A DNA stretch of 62,483 nt, counting the filler, from Choristocarpus tenellus KU-1152 (lineage: Eukaryota; Protista; Phaeophyceae): the NCBI GenBank assembly GCA_964200185.2. It is 13 parts of 13 records of this genome, joined end to end, with 100 filler letters (N's around TTAATTAATTAA, not from the genome) between each part and the next. Parts side by side here need not be neighbours in the genome. Positions count along the whole stretch, not along the records: positions 24,699 to 28,657 come from CAXNAD020016924.1; positions 28,758 to 31,473 come from CAXNAD020025352.1; positions 31,574 to 37,939 come from CAXNAD020008293.1; positions 38,040 to 40,628 come from CAXNAD020026491.1; 9 more parts are not named here. The stretch is one strand, 5' to 3'. Numbering within the stretch: position 1 is the first letter of the stretch; every line of letters starts with the position of its first letter. A model generated the notes under the pieces. That model was not told the origin of the DNA, searched no databases, and was given only the letters and a program-made list of their open reading frames with translations. The position numbers and the translations under genes were made by a program. Shown here one piece after another: positions 26,492 to 40,029 of the stretch.

Positions 26492-27598
26492 GTGAGTTGA
26501 ACGTCAAATCCACCTGGTTGTTACGTTTGTCCTTGCATCTTGGAGACTATTAAAATGCTCCTGGACCTTTGTCACCATTTAATGACAATTTAATAGAATC
26601 AATTGGAGCAGTTCATGACACAAGCTTTTACTCATAGAGAGTAGGAACAAAGATTGCTTCAGATGATGAACATCATGGTTTAACGTGTAATATATGGATG
26701 CGCCCAATTCAAGCACATGTGTGCACTGGGCCTCCGTTCAGCAGCCATGTTCGAGATAGGGTTGGTGGGCAATGGGTTGGTGAGTGTATGGATATTTTGG
26801 GGGGACAGACCTTGTGATGCATTAACTAGCGGTAAAATACAGTTGTCCATGGTCTTGAGTCCATTTTTTGTGTTGTTGTCCACGACAAACCATTTTTTTC
26901 CTGTGATGAGTGCACCGATTACCTGTTAATCTGCTAACTGGACTAGCAGAGTGAAATACATTTCGTTCACATCACACTGGCAAAGAGTAGATGTCTTTTT
27001 TTCAAGCCAGAAACTGATATTCTGGGTACTACTGTGTTGTGAATCGCTTCTTCCTTTTTATTATATGCGTAAATCTTTATAATTTTGAACATATTTTCCG
27101 CTTATACTTGAATATATATAAACACCACTTAGTTTAAACATGTCAAAGGTATATATATATATATATTACTTTTTCTAAAATTGCATACAGAGAAAATGTC
27201 TATTTATTCTACCAATACTGTACTGTAATTTACTTCTTCATCGCTACGACACTGTTTTTTTTCCAACGGCTGTGGGGGAATGGTGTTGGAGATTGCGGAG
27301 TATGTAGTGAGTGTAAAGCTTGGCTTTGTTGGGCACATTCATGGAGGCTGTGTTGATCACAGTAGAGGATGTGAATACTCATACATGTATATACATACTC
27401 AAAATATGTTGCACACCATGTAGTATTTTAAAAAATATGTCACCTATCGTAAGGAAATACCTGACGATGTGCTACATAATTTATGGATATTTATGAAAAA
27501 GCCGTGCTTGCAGGGTTGGAGGCCATGGAAAGGGGGGGAAGGGGGGCATTGTCCCTTGCGTCTTATATTATTCCCTCCCCTGCTTGCTGTAGTGGAGA

Positions 27599-27777
27599 GA
27601 GTGAAAGTATCTTAGAGGATACGAGTTTTACCGTTTTTGTCCATTTGGGCTTCCCACGGGATTTTTTATGACATTTTCCTACTCCGAAATGCTTTTAATG
27701 CCATTTTCCTACTCCGAGATGTTTCGGAGTAGGTAAAATGTATACCTTATAAAAATATGTGTTCGGAACAAAGATAT
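27599..27777 (+). mobile_element. MITE family A, truncated, with one hairpin arm duplicated
   Basis: Left TIR and body present; cattttcctactccga occurs twice. Confidence 0.78.
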
Positions 27778-29217
27778 CTCTACCTTCATCCCATATCATC
27801 AACGTACGCAATTCCAGAGTCCAATCTGTTCTGATCTGCTGAATATTCTAATGCCCCTTGAATAACATATCACAGTTACTTGTCCAGCTGCTGTTATAAG
27901 CTACTGCTTGTTGTATCCTGGCAACCTCAATCCAATAACTTCACCAAACCAATACATCTCAACGGTATTCAAGTATACCTCTTGACATATACGTACCATA
28001 ATATTTTTGAAAAGTAGAGAAATATGATAAATAGGGATGGAGGAATGGAAGACACCTTCTCAAGGAGTTAAAAACTATTGGTTTCTATGTACAGGATCAA
28101 GCACAAGACAATTTCATGTTTCTCTTGCGGAATCTTGCATCCTAGCATTAGAGGTATACCTACACAGATTGTCAGAAATATTGTTTAGCATGTACTTCAA
28201 CCTGGAGAAACATCTCCCCACATGCTTCATTTTGTGGTTCCATTGCTTCCGATATGTTCGGTATATAGTTGAGTAGTATATTCCTTCGCAGCAGATCTAT
28301 TAGAGGAGATTATGAGATTGGTACAATAAATTTGGTGTAGTGGAGGTGAGGGAGCTTCATGGATAATTGACATTATCTGAAACTTCCCATGACAGCACTT
28401 CCTTTGTGGTGGTGTTGGTGTGAACCATGGTGTGGGGATGTGCTTGGCCATCACTTGGTTCATACTGTACTTTCTATGTTTTTTTGACACATTTCTTTGT
28501 TTCTTGATTCCTCTGCTTTAGAACATCTGACAAGGTGAAATAGATGCATAAAATAATATCAATATGAAACATTTGTGTCTGCCCAACCTTCTTTACCCCT
28601 TACGTTTGAGTCGATAGACGATGATGAGCAAAGGAATGGGGAGAACGTTCAGGAGGGNNNNNNNNNNNNNNNNNNNNNNNNNNNNNNNNNNNNNNNNNNN
28701 NTTAATTAATTAANNNNNNNNNNNNNNNNNNNNNNNNNNNNNNNNNNNNNNNNNNNNGGGGGGGGGGGGGAGTGGGGGGAGTGGGGGGAGTTGGGAGAGT
28801 TGGGAGGGGTGTCTTATGTATGTCTTGTAATTTGGTCTGTTGAGTGGATGAGTTGTTTCAGATTGGTGTTGGGAAAGGGTCAGGGTTTTGGGAAGTGGGA
28901 GGTGGGAGGTGGGGGGGGTATTGGTGTCTGTTGTGTGTTAGGGGTTCCGAGTTTGTTTTGATTTTGTTGTTGCCGTTAATGAGAATAATTTTACTGTTTT
29001 TTGTGAATGAGAATAATTTTATTGTTTCTTGTGCAGTGTGTGAGATTGTGATGTGTGTGTGATTGATAGGTTGTTTGACTGATAGGAGAGTTGGTGTCTG
29101 TTCAGTTGAGATTATTGAATCATTAGGATTAACAAATTATATGTTTTACGTGTTGTGATTGGTTCACTGTTGATGGTTAGGGTTAAAGGTTCAGTAAAAA
29201 TTGTTGTATGCATGTTT

Positions 29218-29322
29218 ACGTATTGATTACATGTTGATTACATATTGATTATAGCATATTGATTATAGCATATTGATTACATATTGATTACGTATTGATT
29301 ATAGCATATTGATTACATATTG
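29218..29322 (+). repeat. Minisatellite, catattgatta(tag) units
   Basis: Directly visible 11/14-bp units. Confidence 0.85.
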
Positions 29323-29698
29323 TTGACATGGCAGGAGAATGGGCAAGAGGAGATATCATGTGCTTATGAGATCCTACTGAGGTGATTTTTTTTTCAAACT
29401 ATGGGCGATTCAAGGAATGAGAAGTGCTCTGAAGTTTTTTTGGAGGAGCAAGGTTAAACTTGGTGAAATATTTGAGATACTGTCAGAAGACAAAAATATT
29501 CAATCTTATGTTATTTTGTAAATTCTCTTAGGGTTAGGGGTTAGTATAGTGTTTATTATTTCTTGTGGGAGGGGGGGGGGGGGGGGGGGGGATTATTTCC
29601 TGCCAATGTATGAAGTAGTAGGTAGTTGTATAAGTAATTGCTTGTACTGTCAACCTGAAAAAATGTAATGTGTTGAGGGTAAAGGATAATATATTAAC

Positions 29699-29813
29699 CA
29701 TGTTTGACTCAACTTGCTGTTTAGGTTAGTGATATCATGTTTGACTCAATTTGCTCTTTAGGTTAGCGATATCATGTTTGACTCAACTTGCTCTTTAGGT
29801 TAGTGATATCATG
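29699..29813 (+). repeat. Three tandem 37-bp units spanning a LUC7 splice acceptor
   Basis: catgtttgactcaacttgct(g/c)tttaggttagtgatat x3, with minor variants. Confidence 0.92.
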
Positions 29814-31421
29814 AAGAAGGCAGAGGCGAAGGGGGAGGAGGGTGAGGTGGATGAGGCGCAGGAACTGTTTCAAGAGGCAGAGGAGCTTCAACAACAGAAG
29901 TCGACGCTAGAGGCCAAGGCACTGCAGGTGATTGGGGCAAGTGTGGCATAGTGTAGTTGAGTTGAGTCGGGCTTGAAATACTCTTGCATATTTTGGGTAA
30001 ACTATAGGTCTAGTTTGTCTCATCACAAGGATGAATTTGGACTGTGTCTTTTGGACAGCTGTTCCAATAAGAATGGGACCATTTGTGGGTGAAATATGTA
30101 GTACAAATGATTACCCTAACCCTAGCTCATATGTCAAGGGTGGTAAAATACCTGGGGAAATAGGAAGCGGGTTGAGCTGTTGGTTTCTAAAGTTTCAGTA
30201 CCCTAGTTGTTTGTTAGTCCATGCATGCGGAGGGGGGCTTGTTCGCCTACCTTTTGTTCCGAAAACTCTCTCTTAGTGAGTTGCTGCCTGCATGTTTTGT
30301 TGAACTGTTTGTTTGTGCTTCTATCTGCGTGTTGCATGAAGGCGAGCATTGCAGAGTCAAGGGCAGCGTCTGCCCCCATGATGCTCTCTACAACCAACCC
30401 TACTGCTAAGGAGTTGGGTAATGCTACCCAGCAGAAGCTGAGGGTGTGTGACATATGTGGAGCCCTTCTGTCAATCTTTGACTCCAATGATCGTCTGGCT
30501 GAACAGTGCGTATGTACCCCCACTTTTTTGGATAAAGATGTTTGAAATATATTTAGATAGGTGTCTGTTCTTCGCCAGCCAGAGTTTTTTTTTTTTTTAA
30601 TTGGTGAATAAATTCTATTTTGGTGATGTGATATTGGGGGGGTATCAGGCGAAAGGTATATATCATCATCTCGTCTCGATTGAGTGCTACAAATGCAGGT
30701 GTTGCATGGGATGTAGATAATTGGAATTGGTTGTCTGGTGTTGGTTGATGTTCTGCAGCAGGCACAGATGCACCTCTCTCCTTGTATTGTTCATTATTTA
30801 GATTATTGGAATTGTTTATTATTTAGATTATTGGAATTGTTTATTATTTAGATTATTGGAATTGTTTATTGTTTAGATTATTGGAATTGTTTTTTATTTT
30901 TTGGAGTTTTGCATCGAAAGGGCTTTTGACCCTATTGAGGTATACATATCTCTTTGATGTAGGAGTTTCAGTGTTTATCTCTGATATTTGTATATGAAAG
31001 GAATTCTCTCGATAGCGTCTCATGTAGAGGTGTTATTGGCTGTAACTGTCAGCATCAGAGGTCAAGTGGACTGACCAACCTGTCTATTTATTCTCAAACT
31101 CAAAAGTTTCTAAGGGGGGGGGGTGGCAGGGCGGGCTGTGCATTTGGGGTCAATTTTTTCATGTTACAATTTTTGAGTGATTTGGTTGCATACGTCGGAT
31201 GGATAATGAAAATGCAATTTTCCTGATTTTGTCCCAAATGGACACCCTGGTGCATGCATGCAGTTCCCCCCCAGATACTTTGAGTCTCACCACTTTGTTT
31301 ACTTCGTCATGCCCATGCTTTCCTGCACAGCTTTGGTGGCAAGCTTCATATTGGTTTTGTCGACATCCGGAGCAAGCTGGAGGAGATACGTAAAGCTAAG
31401 GAGGATCGAAGGGCCCTCAAG
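29799..31421 (+). CDS. LUC7: LUC7-like U1 snRNP-associated splicing factor, internal exons 29799-29927, 30342-30505, 31331-31421
   Basis: KKAEAKGEEGEVDEAQELF and QQKLRVCDICGALLSIFDSNDRLAEH|FGGKLHIGF match the LUC7 second zinc finger. Confidence 0.9.
30794..30892 (+). repeat. 24-bp tandem repeat, four units
   Basis: ttatttagattattggaattgttt repeated. Confidence 0.9.
31097..31286 (-). mobile_element. MITE family B in an intron of the LUC7-like gene
   Basis: Body matches family B; right end ccagatactttgagtc; probable TSD TCA/TCA. Confidence 0.82.
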
Positions 31422-32626
31422 GTAAGCTAGCAACACTTAATACTGGTTCTTATCTCTGTCATAGCCCCCCCCCNNNNNNNNNNNNNNNNNNNNNNNNNNN
31501 NNNNNNNNNNNNNNNNNTTAATTAATTAANNNNNNNNNNNNNNNNNNNNNNNNNNNNNNNNNNNNNNNNNNNNGGGCAGGGGTTGAGGCATTAAAGGTAG
31601 AACAGTGTTCACATACCATACCTTTGAATGATCTTGTTTGTTTGCACTGTTTCTTGCTTGGGCTATGGCTGCGGCCACTGAATCCATTTGTTCCTGTTGG
31701 GCTTTTCTTTTCTTACACAAAACTTGATGGAACCATTTCAGTTCTCGATGAATCTATATGTGAATATCACTCCTCCACTCCCACCAGTTGGTTATTTATC
31801 AGAATAAATAAGAAAGGCTTTGTTAGAGGAAGAATAAAAAAAGAGATTGGCAAGAGACAAGGAGGGACGATGGGTAGGTGGGAGGGTGGGGGAGATGTAG
31901 TTGCCTGACAGAGGAGCCTCATCAACACTCTAACTAATTCTCAATATTAAAAACAAGTTTTTTAGAGGTAATGAAGAGATGGGTCCTGCCCATTGCATCC
32001 ATTTCTTCACTACAAAAAAAATCCAGTTTGAGGGGAAGGGGAGGGAGTTGCCATTCACATGAACACCAGGTGCTTCTTGTTTGTCTTCAAAACATGCTGC
32101 ATTTCTTGAAGTACCATCAATAATGGCCACCGGTGCATACACTAAAAGCAGCATCCGAACTACCCTCCTGTGCATGACTGCAAAAGAACTCAAATACACA
32201 TCTGCACCCAGTCAAAATCCATGAGGTTAAAGACAATTCCTGCAATAGACAGGAGTATCGACTGAAGAAAATATATATATATATGCACATCTGTAATTGA
32301 CTGTCTATTGCTATGTATATAGGACAACAACACACATGTTCTTGCCATCAGCCGATGATGATTATGAGAAACATATTCCAAGAAGCATTGAAGTCACCTT
32401 GAACAGGCACATTCACCTGAACAAGCTAGTGTATTGAACCAGAACGGTCGGAATAAAATAAGGTGACATTTGCTTGACAGACACCAAAGTGTTCCTCACA
32501 GGCATACAAAAAGGAAACAATCTTAAGTCAAATATTGCCTCGAAATGTACTACTTGGGTTCCATTCTATTAATCACATCCCCTGATAAAAAAAAATCCAA
32601 CCACGCGCCCTTCACCACTCGCGCAC

Positions 32627-33412
32627 CTCTCCGACTGCAACCCTGTTCGCTACACTATCCTCTCTGCCATCGAGGCACAGCTGCGTTAGCAATCCGAGAG
32701 ATTCCAAGCATAAAGTATTCATATCCACGCCTTCATCCCCGCATTCGCCCTTGACTGAAGTGCGCCCGCCAATAAACGGTCGAGAGGTCTCCGACAGTCG
32801 CTTGATGCAATTGGTTATTGTCTCCCGTGTGCCTTTGCTTCGACCAGTAGTGTCCACCCGAGACAAATCAGCACCTTGGTCGTAGGTCAGGGAGGGAAGG
32901 AGGCCGCGGCATTAGTGTAACGTGGAGCACCTCATCAGGCAATCGATAGCCCAGTCGGTGAACCAATAATCCCACAGCCTTTGAGAGTCAACGCCAATGA
33001 AGGGTCGAACTGTACTATGGGAGTGGTGTTTGACAAACGGGTTCGCACTCTAAAGTGACATGAGTTACCTAATCCAGTTAACCGCCAAAGCTGGATAAGG
33101 CTGTAGTTTAGTATCAGATTAAGTAACTAATCTTCAATGTGCTGAGACGACTGAAGAAAGGCAATTTCATACCCATCTCCCTATTTGTCTAGGAACTATC
33201 ATACGTGCTGGCAAAGAGCAGTAGTGAGAAACAGCTTACATCGTATCCACCAGCCAAGACTATTCCATCAACTCCCCTTATTGATTTAATCATTCTTTAC
33301 CTTGGGACTTGAACTGCTGCACGGCGTCAGCCAGAGCGGCATCCTCGTCCATGCCGAAATCTTCCACGTTCTCCTTGACCACCTCGTCAAAGGTTTCCTG
33401 AGAAATGGACAT
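32627..33412 (-). CDS. ARMC6: ARMC6-like armadillo protein, first two exons (33412-33301, 32874-32627)
   Basis: MSISQETFDEVVKENVEDFGMDEDAALADAVQQFKSQG|ADLS matches the characteristic ARMC6 N-terminus; downstream exons are unresolved. Confidence 0.82.
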
Positions 33413-36400
33413 GGTTTCACAACAGTCTAACTCCAAGTTCCAGCCAAGAGTCAAAGTAGCAATCAGTGAGCGACAATCTCTATCTAGTTTTAAAACCAGT
33501 GCTTGATTTGTCCAAGGAATCCCCTGTAGTTTGCTTGGGGAGTTGAGTAGGTGTTCCTCTCAAATTTAAAAATTAAAGGAGTGTATGATAGTTGTTGTTG
33601 ATACGGTATTGTATCATGAATTGGAAACATTCGAGTACATATTCACATCACTACCTCCCACTTGACATCCTATCATTTAATCTCCCAAAACTAGAGAAGA
33701 CAGGAAAAGGCGAGGGGGCAAAGGAGTCACACCAAGAGATGAGAAGGGGGGTCGCAGGAGTGGAAAGCTCAAACTAAATGGAGGAAGTTCAGTAGGGTGA
33801 TTCGATATCACTAGACATCACGACGAAATGAACAGATCCCATTCTCCAAAGTGGAAGCCCAGGCCTCCTACCCCAACAGGATCACTATCAGTGGTTGATC
33901 CACACTCCCAGCCCCCCTACATTAGAGCTACCGTTATGACGTGTTCATGGGTGAACTAGGACAGCTAATTTTGTTACCGCAAGAGATTTACCCAGAGGCT
34001 CTTACGCTCATGCAAACATCCTCACGAATTCCTCCTGTATGAGATTATTGCCCCAAGTTTGGCAGGGAAAACGACACCATAACCAGGGCCTGCTACAGCA
34101 TTTGAACTCCTGGGAATAATACTGTGTAGTGATAGTAAGTTGCTTAATCGCAGTGGCCAATTGGAATGGGAACATATAAGAGAACTGATTGTACGACTCC
34201 TTGAGCAAGCACGGAGTTCAAATCAACACCAGGAATATAGAGGAGAGGACCGGTCGTCCAGGAAGTGGAAGAAATCTGCACCCTGCCACCATCGTGGGAG
34301 CATTCTCAATAGAGGTATTAATGGTACCCTCTTCTTGGCTTAACTCTACTAACCCAGAAATGATGCCACTTTTCAGGTGTTTGTCTTACATCATCCAACC
34401 GATCGCCCCTACACTCTCTACGAGACAATTGTGCCTGCCATGGAGAAAGTATCACCTAGGAAGGGGTCCAGCCGATAGTACTACTGTCCTCCAGGGGAAA
34501 ATATTCATCCCAGCTTCCCTACACTTGACTTTCCATGCCCTTAAACAGGAACTCCGTCTCACAACCTGATGGCCTCCACACTAGCCACGCCAGGAAATGC
34601 ATCACCATAGATATTGGCCATGAAGATGTAATCGAGATCTTTGCCAAGCTCTGGGAACGGGCACGCACACCTCCGTATTCCCCCCCTCCCGATTTTTGGA
34701 GGCTCCACCTCTCAGCTTGAGGCAACACGGCCTGTGCATCCCATGTTTTCTCTAGCGTGCGTCTCTCCCTCTCAACTCCCCCACTCTCTTTGCTGGGCAG
34801 TGTTTGGGCAAAGGGCCGAAAGTGATCCGCCAACATGTTTCTGGATTCCGAACTGATAAAGGGGACGGATCTTCAGGAGGCAGAGGGATCTTGTTGTGCA
34901 TTGTATTTTGTTGCAACCAGTCTCAAGGAGGGTGAGTTTTTTTTTGTCTATGTAGAAGGATTGTAACTCACAGAGATACTGGTGCAAGATAGAAATTAAT
35001 CGCATGGGTCGTCATAAAGAGTTTTCAGGTTGGGTTCGTGATCAGGCGTGGAACTACACTTCATTTCGAGATCTAATGATGATGCACAAAATTAATGCGA
35101 GGAAAAAAAAAGTTTCTTACGCCATATCAGCCACTTCTAAGGCCTACTGCAACCAAACTCTGTCCAAGATTTCCCACAAAATTATATTTCTTGTCTTGCA
35201 GCATATGACAACGCAAATGGAAAGTATTTCCCAATGTCATCCATTCGTCGTTTATTTTCGCTTTAAATGTTGTGACCATCTAGACTTCGTTCGGCAATGA
35301 AAGCATTTTTGGAATAAGGTTGTAAATGACCATGGCAATTACTGCTTCGAAGTAGAACTGTTTTTGTCTTTGTAAATAATAACTATTATTGATCTTTTTC
35401 CGTTAGTTGGTAGTCTAAGTTATCAATATACAAGAGCTAAATTTCATACCTATCTTTGAACCTCTTTTAGATAAACGTTTTTCACCTACTTGAGGTCCCT
35501 CTTCAAAAGAATGGTCCTCTTGCTCTCGTACGTCCTGGAGCTTACTACTAGCAACTTATTCAGAAAACGAAATATCCAAGCAAAACCTGGGGTAGCGAAA
35601 GATAGGTTTTGTTATAGTCTGTCAGGTAACTCATATTTGAGCTGGCCCACCATAACAACGTCCATGGCTTGGTTCGTAAGGTTAAGAGTCCACATGTGAA
35701 ACTTGGGATCAACATCGCAACTCTTAAAAAATACCAAATCAGGGCAAAGTAGTCAGTGGACTGAGATGTGAGGACGGAAGTTTTCAACCATTCACAACAT
35801 AGCCAAGTAATCCCTCCCAATAGGGACCGTTCAACCATCCCACCTAGATCATCTCATACTCTTTTTCCTGCTCAATTCGATGTGGTTGTTACTGATCCGA
35901 TGCCTTGTTTTAAAGGTGTGAGAATCTTCTCCATTGCATCACCCTATCAACATGCCTCAACTACTCCAGAGCGTTGCCTGCCTGTCAAGTAGTAGCTGCA
36001 GTGCTGCCGATCATATGCATAGTGAAGCAACCCTGTCCTCCAGCCATCAATCTACACCTTCTGGAAAAGCGGACAGCATAGGTAACTCAGGGTCTGAGTA
36101 GTGACTAATAGAACGGTTCGTTTTGTCCATACCAAAAATCAGTAGGGGATAGACAGGTGACAAGACATGGAATGTCGAGTAACTAGTGTTACACTTACGT
36201 TGCTTGTACTGATTTATCTTTTGTTCGGTACTACAATACGAAATAGTAACGTACATAGCGATATGATGAGTCATTATTTATCCATACGTCGGAGAAAACG
36301 GATAGCTTAGACAAAGGCTGAGGGGATAATGAATAACCAGTATATGTTCATCATGTACCCCACCAACACTTCTGGCGACGAGCCTTTCCTGCGCGAAGCT

Positions 36401-39000
36401 ATTCAACATGGAATGTAGGCGCACAAGGGCAAATTTTGGTCCTTGAAGTCAGAGGAACCCTATGACTACCAGGGACAGGGGCAGTTAGGTTGGCAACATT
36501 TCTCATTAATGAAAGTCATTAGCGTGTTTGCACAAGCTACTTTAGGATTCGGTCTATGTTAACTCAAGAAAAGTCAGCAAAAACATAAATCAGATTGTTT
36601 TTTGTCGGACCTAAACCCTGTGAAGTTAAATCGAACCTCGAATCATAATGTAATTCAAGAGAAGTACTTCGGATGTTAGCAATTTGGTGTCGGTGTAAAT
36701 TTACGTTTCAGAACATTTTGGATGGTTGGGATTGGGTTGCAAGGGTGTCACCGAATTTAATGACGAACTGACATTTAAAACTTTCAGTTCTACAAATAGC
36801 TTAGAATACAAAGTGGGAAACAGGGTAGGGTCGTTTCAATAAGTAGGTTTTATGATATCTTCCGTGTCCGTACATCAAAAAACGAGCACGAAGCGATAAA
36901 CTTCATGATGCTGCGCAAACGCTCTATTGATAGTAGGCCTATATGTGTGGATATTTTTTTTAGGAGATCAAATTGTTGTCAACGATGACAATAAGACACT
37001 GCCTTGTAGTAGTGTTTTTTTTGCTAGGATAATAGGACAGGACTTACAGGGGCATATCCATCACTTCTATTTTGAATCTATTCAATCAAGTAATCCAAAA
37101 TTTCGTCTCACTATTTTTCCTCATAGGTAATTCTTGAACACGAAGATTAAATATAGGAGCAATCTACACAAACACCAGACATCGTACTCAACTTGTGGAT
37201 CATCCATAAGAAGACTCCTTGCTATACTTTCAATAACCACAACAATGAGTACTGTCGTGGAAACTCAAGGACTTGAACCTCTAAAAAGTCTAAATGAGAA
37301 GCATTCATCAATGATACCTAACTTTGCAAGGACTATTTCCCATTCCCTGTTAAACATTCGCTACTCATCTTTTTTGTCCTTGATACGACACAATATTACC
37401 AGTTCATACTGACTGTTGATTCGCACATCAGTACTGGTCGTTACTCACATTTACATCATTGGCACCTCATCATAACATCAACTACTATTAGAACGTCATG
37501 GTGCATAGCAAGTATGGAACAGTCGACATCTGTTAAACATACAAGAATAGCATGTGCCATACGAGTTGTCCCAGACACTGATTCGAGTTTGTTTCTTACT
37601 TTATGTTCATATCAGAACCACCAGTTGTATCTCACATGTTGATTATTCTTTTTTCTCTGGTTGGCTTTGCCCTACTTAGATCTCGAGTTCACTCTACACG
37701 AAGTGTACCTGACACACAACGGGACGCAATATATTCAGCGTTGAAACATCCATAAAACCCTTCTTTACAGGTCGACAAGCCTTTACACGGAGCATGAATC
37801 TCTTCCTTTGAATGTACCAAGGGATACCCTCCATCGCTATACCAGATAACCTCTAACTATGCAAAGCATGTTACTAGGTTGGTTCATCAGTGATATTTCA
37901 CTGGTGCTTCATTGCACTATGACACCCCTTCACCACAACNNNNNNNNNNNNNNNNNNNNNNNNNNNNNNNNNNNNNNNNNNNNTTAATTAATTAANNNNN
38001 NNNNNNNNNNNNNNNNNNNNNNNNNNNNNNNNNNNNNNNTTTTTTTATAAAAATAATAATTTCTCTTTGTTTTTTTTTCTGGTTATATTTTTTTTTTTGC
38101 TTTTGTTCTTCTCTCTTCAGATCTTTTTTTTTTTCTTGCTTTAGTTTGCCGGTGTAGCCACCCGACTGACTCGCAGGATTCCTGCTCATGCTGGTAGGAA
38201 TCGGTTGTGAAGGGCTGGTGTTGTTTATTTTATTGTCTTGGGGATGGAGATACATGCACATACATTGTGGAAAAAAAAAAGAACCGTTTTAAAGATGTCG
38301 GTGCCAAGTTTGCTTTTCATTGAAATGGTTCTTTTCATTGAAATGGTTCTTGGCGCTCTCAATTCTCCCTTCCTTCAATGGACCACTGAACGCGAGCATG
38401 TGTATAAATAGTGTGTGTGTGTTATGTGTGTTATGTGTGTTATGTGTCATCTACTGGCAGTGCAGGTAGGAGGTTGGTGTAAGTCGGTACAGAGTTGGTC
38501 AGGTACCTTGTTTTATGTCTGTGTTACTGGTTCACAGGCACGTCAAGTGCATTCCAGGAAATTCCTCCCCTGTGAATCCGGACCTCTCCCAGAATGTGCG
38601 CTTTGTGATTTTTCCTCCTAACTTGGGACTGTTAGAAGAGGAAATGGTTGAGCACTTCTCAGGGGCTTGAAAAGAAGAGTGTTGTTTGAGATTCTTGGGT
38701 GATGAGCACTTTGGAGGCTAAGCATGTACTACATGGTATATGTATGTTATGTATGTTTGTATGTTTGTGTGTGTGTGTGTGTATGAATTGCGTGCATTAT
38801 CTGCAAGGGTATAGGTATCATCCCCCCTCCCCCAAATGAGGTTAGTGTCTGATTGTACCTATGACTTTCTCCATAATCACCATCCCAACTCTACACCTGA
38901 ACTAGTCGCGCAGGGGGGGGTTGTTTAGTGTGATACAATTTCACACATATGTGTATGCTCCTATTGAGGATGGCTTTTTGTGCTTTTTTTCCTCCACCGG

Positions 39001-39216
39001 ATAGTATAGTATAGTATTGGAGTAGTGAAGTAGTGGAATATTGGACTATTGGAGTAGTATAGTAGTGGAGTAGTATAGTAGTGGAGTATTGGAGTACTAT
39101 AGTATTGGAGTAATGGAGTAGAATAGTATTGGAGTAGTATAGTAGTGGAATATTGGAGTAGTATAGTAGTGGAGTTGTGGAGTAGTGGAGTAGTATAGTA
39201 TTGGAGTATTGGAGTA
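39001..39216 (+). repeat. Compound minisatellite (tagtggag / tattggag / tagta)
   Basis: Directly visible. Confidence 0.9.
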
Positions 39217-39421
39217 CGGGTCAAAACAGGGCACCATCTGTGAAGCTTTCATCTTTTTTTGTCCACATGCTGCCATTGGCGTTGACTTCTGTGGGAAGCA
39301 AGTGACTGCAAGGGTGTGAGTCCTCACCAGTGATCAAACCATGATTTTTGTTGAATTGTTCATGTTACTACTAGTGTATACTGTACTCACAAACTTAAAG
39401 AGACAAGTAACACAAAACGTG

Positions 39422-39425
<4 letters not shown>

Positions 39426-39461
<36 letters not shown>
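39426..39461 (+). repeat. (CA)n microsatellite
   Basis: Directly visible. Confidence 0.95.
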
Positions 39462-39463
<2 letters not shown>

Positions 39464-39588
39464 TGAACATTACCATTAGTAAAATCATTTTTGCTACTTC
39501 TAGGATACTGTACTGATGAGGCTAAATAAATGATAAATCACGCCATCACTCACGTACATACACATGGGTATGGTGTCATTCATCACAG

Positions 39589-39765
39589 GTATTGGAGATT
39601 GTGTGCACGCCGGAGACTCGAGAAAAGAGCCTTGAGGCTAAGGCCCTTCGCCTGTCGGGAGACATCCTGTGGGAGCTGGAAAGGAGAGAGGAGGCTGTGG
39701 TGATGTACTTGCGCTGCCTGGACCTGGTTGGCGAGGCGGCGGAAGAGGGGTCTCAAGGAAGGTGA
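39589..39765 (+). CDS. Putative terminal exon, TPR-like helix pair
   Basis: cacag|VLEIVCTPETREKSLEAKALRLSGDILWELERREEAVVMYLRCLDL...GR*. Confidence 0.55.
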   Translation, partial: VLEIVCTPETREKSLEAKALRLSGDILWELERREEAVVMYLRCLDLVGEAAEEGSQGR

Positions 39766-39884
39766 CTATTTTGTTTTGTGGAAGAGTTGCTGGGGATTGC
39801 AGCTGTATCTTTTCCCGTTGTGTCGGACCACTTCAAAGAACAAAACAAAAATATGTTGTTGTGGTAAGGTGAGTGCGATTGTTT

Positions 39885-40029
39885 TTGTTGTTATTATTAT
39901 TATTATTATTGTTATTATTATTATTATTATTGTTGTTATTATTGTTAATTGTTATTATTATTGTTATTATTATTGTTATTGTTATTGTTATTATTATTGT
40001 TATTGTTATTGTTATTGTTATTGTTGTTG
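39885..40029 (+). repeat. (TTA/TTG)n microsatellite
   Basis: Directly visible. Confidence 0.95.

Noticed and set aside
29699-29813. 37-bp repeats as a CRISPR array
   Set aside because: The units are contiguous with no spacers, there are no cas genes, and they sit at a eukaryotic intron/exon junction.
35400-37939. Possible Copia/LINE remnant (an ERLVARS-like word near 36380 on the minus strand)
   Set aside because: A single weak word only; no YVDD/YADD motif, LTR or continuous frame was found.
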